In this document: positions 18,717 through 25,978 of the stretch, piece after piece
Numbering within the stretch: the stretch's first letter is position 1
Layout of the letters: every line of letters begins with the position of its first letter
Assembly: GCA_963801165.1 (NCBI GenBank)
Contig: CAWDDT010000007.1
Span: forward strand, 229,152-293,151
Reading direction: 5' to 3'
Source: an uncultured bacterium
GTDB lineage: Bacteria > Actinomycetota > Acidimicrobiia > Spongiisociales > UBA5794
Length of the DNA stretch: 64,000 nucleotides
The notes under the pieces: generated by a model
Seen by the model: the letters and a program-made list of their open reading frames with translations, nothing else
What the model was told of the DNA's origin: nothing
The model's database searches: none
Made by a program: the position numbers and the translations under genes

Positions 18717-18776
18717 TCACCCGGAGGCGATCCGGGGCCCGGGTCTGCGCCCGGGGCTCCGATCGAGGAGGTATCC

Positions 18777-19064
18777 ATGCATCTGGGAAGGGTGGCCGGG
18801 ACTCTCGTTGCCAGCCGCAAGGAAGAGCTGCTCGAGGGCATGAAGTTCCTGGTCGTGCGTCAGCTCGACGTGAACAACGAGGAGACAGGCAGCTATGTCG
18901 TCGCTGTCGACGCCGTAGGCGCCGGGGTCGACGAGGTCGTCATGTATGCCTCGGGAAGCTCGGCACGCCAGACGGAGCTCACCAAGGACAAACCGTGCGA
19001 TGCGGTGATCATGGCGATCGTTGACACCTGGGAAGTCAACGGCGCCGTCAAATACCGGAAGTGA
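18777..19064 (+). CDS. BMC vertex pentamer (BMC-P, EutN/CcmL family) 1
   Basis: [29 protein letters not shown] and DAVIMAIVD. Confidence 0.95.
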   Translation: MHLGRVAGTLVASRKEELLEGMKFLVVRQLDVNNEETGSYVVAVDAVGAGVDEVVMYASGSSARQTELTKDKPCDAVIMAIVDTWEVNGAVKYRK

Positions 19065-19070
19065 GGCATC

Positions 19071-20528
19071 GTGTTGAACGATCATGATGTCCAGTCGATC
19101 ATCGAACGGGTCAAGGGGCGCATTGCCGCTACCGAGGTCCAGGGCAGCACCGGGGCCGCGCTGGAAGCGGGGGATCAGCTGGCGGCCTACCGGGAGCAAC
19201 TCGGTGACGGCATCTTCCCGAGCATCGACGCAGCGGTGGTCGCCGCCCGGCGCGCCTTTGTCCGGTTCCGGGACATGGGGCTCGACGGACGGCGCACGAT
19301 CGTGGCGGCCATGCGGGAAGCGATGATCCGGGAAGGTCGCAACCTCGCCTACATGGCCCGGGAGGAAACCGGGCTGGGCAGGGCAGACGACAAGGTGATC
19401 AAGAACCGCATCGTCACAATGAACACCCCGGGACCCGAGGATCTCGAGCCGCAAGTGGTGACAGGCGACGAGGGCATGATGGTCACCGAATGGGCGCCGT
19501 ACGGTGTCATCGGGTCGATCTCGCCGACGACCAACCCGACGTCGACCATCATCAACAACTCGATCGCGATGATCGCCGCCGGCAACGCTGTCGTCTTCAA
19601 TGTCCACCCGAGTGCAAAACGAGTCTCTGTCGAGAACATCAAGTTGCTCAATCGGGCCATCGTTTCCGCGGGCGGTCCCCCCGACCTGATCGCCGCCATA
19701 CCCAACCCGACGCTGGAGAGCGCCCGCGAGGTGATGTACCACCCGGACGTGAGAGTGTTGCTGGTGACCGGCGGCCCCGGTGTCGTCCGCGAAGCACTGA
19801 AGACCCAGAAGAAGGCGATAACGGCCGGCCCGGGCAATCCACCTGCGGTGGTGGACCAAACCGCCGACGTCAGCAAGGCGGGCCGCGACATCGTCAACGG
19901 AGCGTCTTTTGACAACAACATCGTGTGCATCGACGAGAAGACCACGATCGTTGTCGACACGGTTGCCGACCGCCTCATCCAGGCCATGACCGCCGCCGGC
20001 GCCTACCGGCTCAAAGAGCATGAGCTGAAGCGGCTGGAGCGGGTCATCTTCAAGGAGCTTGGCGAGCCCGGCAAGCCGGGTTTGATCAATCCCGAGTGGA
20101 TCGGCAAGGACGCAGACAAGATCCTCGGTTCGATCGGTGTCACCAACGACCCCTCGATCCGGCTTCTACTGGCCGAGGTGCCCGTCGACCATCCCCTGGT
20201 ATGGACCGAGCAGATGATGCCGGTGATGCCCGTGGCCAGGGTGAAGGATGTCGATGTCGCCATCGATCTGGCGGTCCGCTCCGAGCACAACTTCCGGCAC
20301 ACGGCATCGATCCACTCAACGAACGTGGCCACCATCACCAAGATGGCCCGGGCGATGAACTGCAGCATCTTCGTCGCCAACGGACCCAACTATGCGGGTC
20401 TCGGCGAAGGCGGTGAGGGGTTCACCTCCTTCTCCATTGCCTCACCGACCGGTGAGGGACTCACCCGACCGCGCACGTTCTCGAGGGTGCGCCGGGTCAC
20501 GGTTGTGGGAGCTCTCAACTATGTCTGA
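19071..20528 (+). CDS. CoA-acylating aldehyde dehydrogenase (EutE/PduP-like) with N-terminal encapsulation peptide
   Basis: PTTNPTST, VTGGPGVV, AGPGNPP, SFDNNIVC (catalytic Cys) and GEGFTSFSIASPTGEG. Confidence 0.93.
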   Translation: MLNDHDVQSIIERVKGRIAATEVQGSTGAALEAGDQLAAYREQLGDGIFPSIDAAVVAARRAFVRFRDMGLDGRRTIVAAMREAMIREGRNLAYMAREETGLGRADDKVIKNRIVTMNTPGPEDLEPQVVTGDEGMMVTEWAPYGVIGSISPTTNPTSTIINNSIAMIAAGNAVVFNVHPSAKRVSVENIKLLNRAIVSAGGPPDLIAAIPNPTLESAREVMYHPDVRVLLVTGGPGVVREALKTQKKAITAGPGNPPAVVDQTADVSKAGRDIVNGASFDNNIVCIDEKTTIVVDTVADRLIQAMTAAGAYRLKEHELKRLERVIFKELGEPGKPGLINPEWIGKDADKILGSIGVTNDPSIRLLLAEVPVDHPLVWTEQMMPVMPVARVKDVDVAIDLAVRSEHNFRHTASIHSTNVATITKMARAMNCSIFVANGPNYAGLGEGGEGFTSFSIASPTGEGLTRPRTFSRVRRVTVVGALNYV

Positions 20529-21159
20529 GTTCACCAGCAACACGGAGGGTGTCGATCCGGCGGTAGCCATGATCGAGTTCGCCTCGATCGCCGTCGGGAT
20601 CATCGCGGGTGACGCGATGGTGAAGGCGTCGCCGCTTGGCTCCATCTATGCGGGCACCGTCCACCCCGGCAAATATCTCGTGCTGGTGAGCGGAGACACT
20701 GCCAGTGTCGACGAGGCATTTGGTGTCGGTCTCGAGACGGGGGCCGCGTCCGTGCTGGATTCGGTGTTCCTACCGGACATCCATCCGGCGGTCACCGGAG
20801 CCATCGCCGGGGGAGAGGAGGCGGCCTGGATCAGCGGTGCCGCCCTCGGCATCGTAGAGACCGACCGGGTCGCCACCGTCATTCAGGCAGCAGACGCGGG
20901 GGTCAAGGCTGCCTTTGTGGAATTGAGCGCCGTCCGGTTGGCTGATGGTCTGGGCGGGAAGGGCTATGCGCTGTTCTCAGGAGAGGTTGGTGACGTCGAG
21001 GCCGCCGTCGCAGCTGCCGGGAGCTGGGCCGAGCGGTCGGGGCATCTGCTCGAGGCACGGGTGATTCCGCAGCTCGCCGACGAGATGGCGTACAACCTCC
21101 GGTCCGATCTGCGGTTCCGGCATAGGCTCGTGCTGCGGGCGGTGGAGAGGGGTCACTGA
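20521..21159 (+). CDS. BMC shell trimer, single-layer type (BMC-T s; PduT-like)
   Basis: Two BMC domains: IEFASIAVGIIAGDAMVK..PGKY and LGIVET..AADAGVKAA..GLGGK. Start reset to ATG 20521. Confidence 0.9.
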   Translation: MSEFTSNTEGVDPAVAMIEFASIAVGIIAGDAMVKASPLGSIYAGTVHPGKYLVLVSGDTASVDEAFGVGLETGAASVLDSVFLPDIHPAVTGAIAGGEEAAWISGAALGIVETDRVATVIQAADAGVKAAFVELSAVRLADGLGGKGYALFSGEVGDVEAAVAAAGSWAERSGHLLEARVIPQLADEMAYNLRSDLRFRHRLVLRAVERGH

Positions 21160-21160
21160 G

Positions 21161-21433
21161 ATGCAGCTCGGAAGGGTCCAGGGCACCGTGGTCGCCACCG
21201 TCAAGGCGAATGGGCTCGAAGGGGTGCGGTTCCTCGTGGTCCAACCACTCGACAGGAACCAGCAACCCGAGGGAGAGCCTCTGATCGCGGCCGATGCGGT
21301 TCACATGGCAGGCCCCGGCGAGCTCGTCTACATCGTGGCCTCGCGGGAAGCGGCTGAAGCTCTTCCCGAGCGATTCGTGCCCGTCGACCACGCCATCGTA
21401 GGGATCGTCGACCAGGTCGAGGTTGCGCCGTGA
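21161..21433 (+). CDS. BMC vertex pentamer (BMC-P) 2
   Basis: MQLGRVQGTVVATVK, AADAVHMAGPGE, SREAA and PVDHAIVGIVD. Confidence 0.93.
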   Translation: MQLGRVQGTVVATVKANGLEGVRFLVVQPLDRNQQPEGEPLIAADAVHMAGPGELVYIVASREAAEALPERFVPVDHAIVGIVDQVEVAP

Positions 21434-21706
21434 AGGTCGGGGTGGTCGCCGGGACGGTTGTGTCCACCATCAACTTCCCGTTCTTCGATGGCAAGAAGCT
21501 CCTGCTCTGTGATCTGCTCGAGGCCGACGGCACGAAGAAGGGCTACACCATCGCTGTCGACCGCGTCGGCGCCGGGGTGGGCGAGACCGTCCTGATCATG
21601 GACGAAGGCAACTCGAGCGCGCCAGATGTTCGGCCTTACGACCGGGCCGGTGCGAGCCGTCATCGTCGGCATCGTCGACGCCATGGATCTCCCGTCACAG
21701 CCGTGA
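21430..21706 (+). pseudogene. BMC vertex pentamer (BMC-P) 3, with a +1 frameshift near 21616 (probably a sequencing error)
   Basis: MKVGVVAGTVVST...AVDRVGAGVGETVLIMDEGNS, then in the +1 frame ARQMFGLTTGPVRAVIVGIVDAMDLPSQP-stop (TGA 21704-21706), which completes a canonical pentamer. Confidence 0.85.
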
Positions 21707-22485
21707 CGGGGAGAGTCGTCGGCCCGAAGGTTGTGGGCGTCGTCATGCCGCTGCTTCTCATTCTGGCCGGGTGCTTCGGCTCCAACGTTCCCGTCGAGCA
21801 ACCGCTCGAGGTCGACTCGTGCGACCAGTTGGTTGAGGTAGGCATTGCGCTGGTGAACGACTACGTCTACACACTGCAGGACACGGATCTCGGGGCGACC
21901 CAAGGAGATCCGGAGAAGCTGCCCGCATCGCTGGTCACGCTGAATCTGCGTGGCTCGGAGCTCGACGCCAGGATTGTCGAGCTCGACTGTGACGCCGTCG
22001 CCATCAACCAGGCTGTTGCCGATGCGACCGCGGGGATCCAATCGGACGATCCGGTCGTGATCGCGTTTCTCGACGCGGTCAGGGGCGGGATCGTGTCGCC
22101 GGTACTTCCCACCTACGGGACCTGGCTCCTGGATTCGGGGACGGTGAGCGGACAGGCACTCGCACCGGTACCGGACCATCCGATCACGCTCCAGATCGAG
22201 CGCGATGCGGCAAGCGGTTTTGCCGGCTGCAACGGCTACTACTACCCGGCAACGTTCGCCGATGGGCTGTGGACGTGGACCGGAGGAACACCGAGCGTGA
22301 CCGACTTGAGCTGCCAGGACGCCGGCGGCGAGACACCCGCCGCCGTGATCAAGACCGAAGCCGACTACCTCCAGGGGCTACGCGCCGTCACCGGGTACTC
22401 GCTGGAAGGCGAAGCACTGGTGCTGAGCGGCGACGGCGTCGAGCTTCGATTCGTCCGCGGAGCAGGGCAGCCGACGGGCGGCTAG
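21703..22485 (+). CDS. lipoprotein with N-terminal two-Cys helical domain and C-terminal META (HslJ-like) domain
   Basis: GTG 21703 overlaps the pentamer stop. Lipobox ILAGC; TWLLDS, SGFAGCN.Y, T.LSC and EADYL..L META motifs. Confidence 0.8.
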   Translation: MTGRVVGPKVVGVVMPLLLILAGCFGSNVPVEQPLEVDSCDQLVEVGIALVNDYVYTLQDTDLGATQGDPEKLPASLVTLNLRGSELDARIVELDCDAVAINQAVADATAGIQSDDPVVIAFLDAVRGGIVSPVLPTYGTWLLDSGTVSGQALAPVPDHPITLQIERDAASGFAGCNGYYYPATFADGLWTWTGGTPSVTDLSCQDAGGETPAAVIKTEADYLQGLRAVTGYSLEGEALVLSGDGVELRFVRGAGQPTGG

Positions 22486-22522
22486 CCGCGGGGTTGACGT
22501 GCTCGACGGTCGCAGCGGACCT

Positions 22523-23026
22523 CTACGCGTGGAACGTGCCCGGCCGGGGCTGAACCGAGGGCGCGACGTAGCCCTCTTCCCAGGGAAAGTGCCCCTCGAG
22601 ATCGTCGTAGCTGAGCTGCAACACGGGAACGGAGTGCCTCTGCGGGCGACGGTAGAAGTCGTTGGCCCCCAGCACGATGTCGCCGGGGTTGGGCAATTCC
22701 TCGGGAATGATCCGGTGGGGCCATTCCTCGATGGTGATGAGCTGCCCCGGAAGCAGGGCTTCACCCGACCGGACACGTTCGCCGAGCGTGTTCAGCACGC
22801 CCGATGCCGTCTCGGGGTCGACCCCGAAGATCAGCAACTCCGGGTGACCCATCCCAAAGAGACCGATCGTGTACGCAAACGATGGCCCGTCGTCGTCGGA
22901 GCAATCGCAGTCGGGATACGAGCAGGCGCCACCGGCAACGTACTGGATTGCCCACCCGTGGCGTCTTATCCGTGCGGTCAGCTCGGCCGCCTGTTGGTCG
23001 ATCCATGCCTCGGCCTGTGCGTCCAT
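22523..23026 (-). CDS. DUF4262 domain protein
   Basis: IRRHGWAIQYV, FAYTIGL..GHPEL...G, VLQL.Y.D..G.FPW. Confidence 0.85.
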   Translation of the reverse strand: MDAQAEAWIDQQAAELTARIRRHGWAIQYVAGGACSYPDCDCSDDDGPSFAYTIGLFGMGHPELLIFGVDPETASGVLNTLGERVRSGEALLPGQLITIEEWPHRIIPEELPNPGDIVLGANDFYRRPQRHSVPVLQLSYDDLEGHFPWEEGYVAPSVQPRPGTFHA

Positions 23027-23115
23027 GTGAGATTCCTTTCCTGTCTCCGCAGAATCTAGGAACCCGGGGTGACAGAAACCCGAGCTGCCGCGTCGGGCGT
23101 CCTAGACTCGCGGCG

Positions 23116-23775
23116 ATGGCACGACGGCTGGTCGTCGCATGGGCTCCCGGGGAGAAGGTCACCGCCCGGTTGGAGGTGCCCCGGGATGACCGGGGCGCCG
23201 CAATTCTGCTCGCTCATGGTGCCGGCGCCGGCCAGGATCATCCGTTCATGGTGATGTTGCGGACGTCGCTGGCGGCAGCCGGCTTGACCACGATGTCGTT
23301 CAACTACCCGTACACGGAGGCTGGACGCAGGGCGCCCGACCGTATGGCAAAGCTGCTTGCGGTTCATCGGGCCGCGGCCGACCGGCTATCGGCGTACTGC
23401 GAAACCGTCTATCTCGGCGGCAAGTCGATGGGAGGCAGGGTCGGCTCACATCTTGCCGGTGACCAGGGGTGGCCTGCTGCCGGACTCGTGTACTACGGCT
23501 ATCCGCTGGTGCCGCTGGGCGGGCGTGAGCCGCGCGACACGGCGCACCTGCACGAGATCGCCGTGGGGCAACTCTTCTTCGCCGGAACCAGGGACCGGCT
23601 TGGCCCACCCGATCTCATCAAGGCGCTGGCCACCAATCTGCCCGCCGCCACCGTCGAGATAGTCGAAGACGGTGACCACTCGTTTCATGTCCCGAAGCGA
23701 GCGGGTCGCACCCACGAGGAGATCATCGCCCATCTGGCGCAGCGAACTGCGGCATGGATAGGCCGCAAAAGCTAG
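23116..23775 (+). CDS. alpha/beta hydrolase (KANL3/Tex30-like)
   Basis: LAHGAGA, GGKSMGGR nucleophile, GTRD and GDHSF. ATG 23116 lies 7 nt after TAGACT. Confidence 0.88.
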   Translation: MARRLVVAWAPGEKVTARLEVPRDDRGAAILLAHGAGAGQDHPFMVMLRTSLAAAGLTTMSFNYPYTEAGRRAPDRMAKLLAVHRAAADRLSAYCETVYLGGKSMGGRVGSHLAGDQGWPAAGLVYYGYPLVPLGGREPRDTAHLHEIAVGQLFFAGTRDRLGPPDLIKALATNLPAATVEIVEDGDHSFHVPKRAGRTHEEIIAHLAQRTAAWIGRKS

Positions 23776-23890
23776 AAAAGTCAATCGGCTCAACTTTGTG
23801 GGAAAAGCCGCCGACAACGGAGTTGCTCGGAATGGCTGCGGTGGCGTGGTGTCACGCCCGCAGCTTTCGCAAATATGAATAGGGGAGTCA

Positions 23891-24265
23891 ATGAGAAAGA
23901 TATCGATACTTCTGGCTGTGCTCGCTTTGTCTGTCGGTGCCTGCGGCGGCGGCGACTCGGCGGGCGACAGCAACACCTGCGAAGGTCTGGCCGACCAGGC
24001 GATAGGCCTCTTCCAGAACGTCGTGGACGATATCGACGGCATGACCATCGAGGAGATATCGGCCAGCAACGGCGACTTTCCATCGATGGACAAGTTCACC
24101 GAAGAAATGACGGGTCTCCAGGACCAGGCCGGCCAGATCGGCTGCGACGACAGCCAGATGACGCAGCTCCTCACCGACCGGCTCGACAAGCTCACTTCCA
24201 AGACGCAGTTCGGCGATCTGATGATCTCGCAACTCAAGCAGTCTGGTTTCGACAGCGGCAGCTAG
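23891..24265 (+). CDS. small lipoprotein with two-Cys helical domain
   Basis: Signal MRKISILLAVLALSVGAC (lipobox), GGGGAG RBS, acidic helical body. Confidence 0.8.
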   Translation: MRKISILLAVLALSVGACGGGDSAGDSNTCEGLADQAIGLFQNVVDDIDGMTIEEISASNGDFPSMDKFTEEMTGLQDQAGQIGCDDSQMTQLLTDRLDKLTSKTQFGDLMISQLKQSGFDSGS

Positions 24266-24289
24266 CCCGCAGGTCAATTGGCAGTAGTA

Positions 24290-24320
24290 GCGAGCCGGTG
24301 GGGTTGTCCTACCGGCTCGC
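24290..24320. terminator. hairpin between convergent genes
   Basis: GCGAGCCGGTGGG-GTTGT-CCTACCGGCTCGC 13-bp stem with one G-U pair. Confidence 0.6.
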
Positions 24321-24347
24321 CCTCGTTCGGTGGCGTCACCGGCGCGG

Positions 24348-25226
24348 TCAGCCGCGGCCTTCGTAAAAGCCGGAGGCCACCTTGCCGTCGAGGAGGTCGA
24401 GGATCCAGACCGAGGCTTTTGGCCATTTGCGGGTACCCCGTAGCCGCACGCCACGCTCGTAGAGGTCGGTGAGCAACGGACCGATCCAGTCCTTGTGCGA
24501 GCTGAGAACAATAGATCCTGGGCCCAACGATGCCAGATAGGCGTAGATGGTTTCGAGGTCGGTGAACTCCTTCAGGGCCTTGCTGACGCCCACCTCCAGC
24601 TCGAGGGTCTCGGCGGCAGGGGCGATCGTCTCCCGGCAGCGCAGGGCCGGGCTCGCCCACATCTCGGTGATCGGATGCCTCGCCAGAATCTCGGCAACAC
24701 CGAGCGACTGCTGCCGCCCCTTCTCGGTGAGCGGTCGTTTCTTGTCAGGACCTTGCCATTTCGATCTCACACCGGCGTTGCCGTGCCGCACGAGATAGAT
24801 GCGCGTCGAGGTCGGGTTGGTCAGCAGCGCGTGTGCCCGCTCGACGAGCCTGGCGTCCCGGTTGTAGCTCAGAAGCGCCTGAGCGCCGTGTAGCCCAACC
24901 CATTCGACCCTGTCGACCTCGGAGTTCGGCTTGAACTCACCCTTCTTGGCCTTCATCAGCCAGTATCGGACAACTTTGGTCCGGCTACGGAGTGTCTCGT
25001 AGGTGACTGCACCGAGGTAGTTGTGAGTCGTCGTCTTCAGACCCGTCTCCTCGAGGACCTCACGAACGGCTGCCTCTTCATAGGTCTCTTTGCCGTCGAC
25101 CTTGCCTTTGGGGAGGGACCAGTCGTGATACCTGTTGCGGTGAACGACCAGAAACTCGGGGCCGCTGTCCGGATAGCCGTCGCGGTACAGAACGCCTCCG
25201 GCGGCGCGAACCGGTCGCACCGCCAT
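24348..25226 (-). CDS. NUDIX hydrolase / histidine phosphatase fusion (MutT1-like)
   Basis: WSLPKGK and REVLEETG Nudix box; LVRHG, RPLT and SP..RC phosphatase motifs. Confidence 0.88.
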   Translation of the reverse strand: MAVRPVRAAGGVLYRDGYPDSGPEFLVVHRNRYHDWSLPKGKVDGKETYEEAAVREVLEETGLKTTTHNYLGAVTYETLRSRTKVVRYWLMKAKKGEFKPNSEVDRVEWVGLHGAQALLSYNRDARLVERAHALLTNPTSTRIYLVRHGNAGVRSKWQGPDKKRPLTEKGRQQSLGVAEILARHPITEMWASPALRCRETIAPAAETLELEVGVSKALKEFTDLETIYAYLASLGPGSIVLSSHKDWIGPLLTDLYERGVRLRGTRKWPKASVWILDLLDGKVASGFYEGRG

Positions 25227-25426
25227 CAGGTCTCTACCTCCGCAACGCTGACGCGTGGAACCGTCGTCAACGAAGATCTCCTTGTGTCGAGCCGAGCGCT
25301 CATCCTAGTGCCGGGTCTGAGGCATCCACCTCGACCTACCGTTGGAGATTGTCGGACCGCTCGACCGTCTGATGAGAGCCCGGCGCATTCGGCTTTCGAC
25401 CCTGCTGGCGTCTCGAGAGAGAGGTG

Positions 25427-25876
25427 TCAGGAATGGGTCTTCTCGATGTCGAGAACCTTGTTGCGCCGCCGGATGAAGCGCTCATCCTGGATGAACTCGG
25501 CACCGAGATAGGCGGTGACGATTTCCCTGGCGACCGCGACGCCGGTGACCCGAGCGGCCAGCGCCAGCAGGTTGACATCGTCGTGCTCAACCGCCTGGTG
25601 GGCGGTATAGGTGTCGGTGGCCTGAGCGCATCGAATGCCGTCGAGCTTGTTCGCGGCGATCGCCGCTCCCGCACCCGACCCGCAGACGACGATCCCTCGC
25701 TCGGCCCGGCCGGCAAGCACGGCACGCCCCACCGCGGCCGAGAAGTCCGGGTAGTCGACCGGTACCGTCGAGTCGGTGCCGAGATCCAGCACGGAATGGC
25801 CGGCATCCGCGATGTACTGCTTGAGCTGTTCCTTCAGCTCGAAACCTGCGTGATCCGCTCCAATTGCAACGCGCAT
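25427..25876 (-). CDS. rpiB: ribose-5-phosphate isomerase B, canonical copy
   Basis: MRVAIGADHAG, VDYPD, CGSG catalytic Cys and EHDDVN; no N-terminal extension. Start ATG 25876. Confidence 0.92.
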   Translation of the reverse strand: MRVAIGADHAGFELKEQLKQYIADAGHSVLDLGTDSTVPVDYPDFSAAVGRAVLAGRAERGIVVCGSGAGAAIAANKLDGIRCAQATDTYTAHQAVEHDDVNLLALAARVTGVAVAREIVTAYLGAEFIQDERFIRRRNKVLDIEKTHS

Positions 25877-25978
25877 GATCCTCACTTCGGCGGGAGAGTT
25901 GAGGGTACTCGATTCGGGCCGAGCCCGTTTCGCAGGAGAACGCCGGTTTGGCGCGGCCGGGCAATAGACTCCGGGGCA

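Noticed and set aside
18717-20021. Long antisense and alternate-frame ORFs (e.g. 18717-20021, 44429-45829, 55589-56743)
   Set aside because: Shadow ORFs expected in high-GC DNA; they overlap well-supported genes and show no motifs.
17760-21706. Carboxysome or Eut/Pdu microcompartment
   Set aside because: No RuBisCO, carbonic anhydrase, ethanolamine ammonia-lyase, diol dehydratase or glycyl-radical enzyme; the cargo is RpiB, DeoC and AldDH.
21430-22485. 351-aa pentamer-META fusion as a real protein
   Set aside because: The canonical pentamer C-terminus is in the +1 frame, and the lipoprotein has its own start and lipobox; best explained by an indel.
25369-25400. Hammerhead ribozyme-like CTGATGAG followed by a short stem
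   Set aside because: The required GAAA core after stem II is absent (reads TTTCGAC), and I find no stems I or III.
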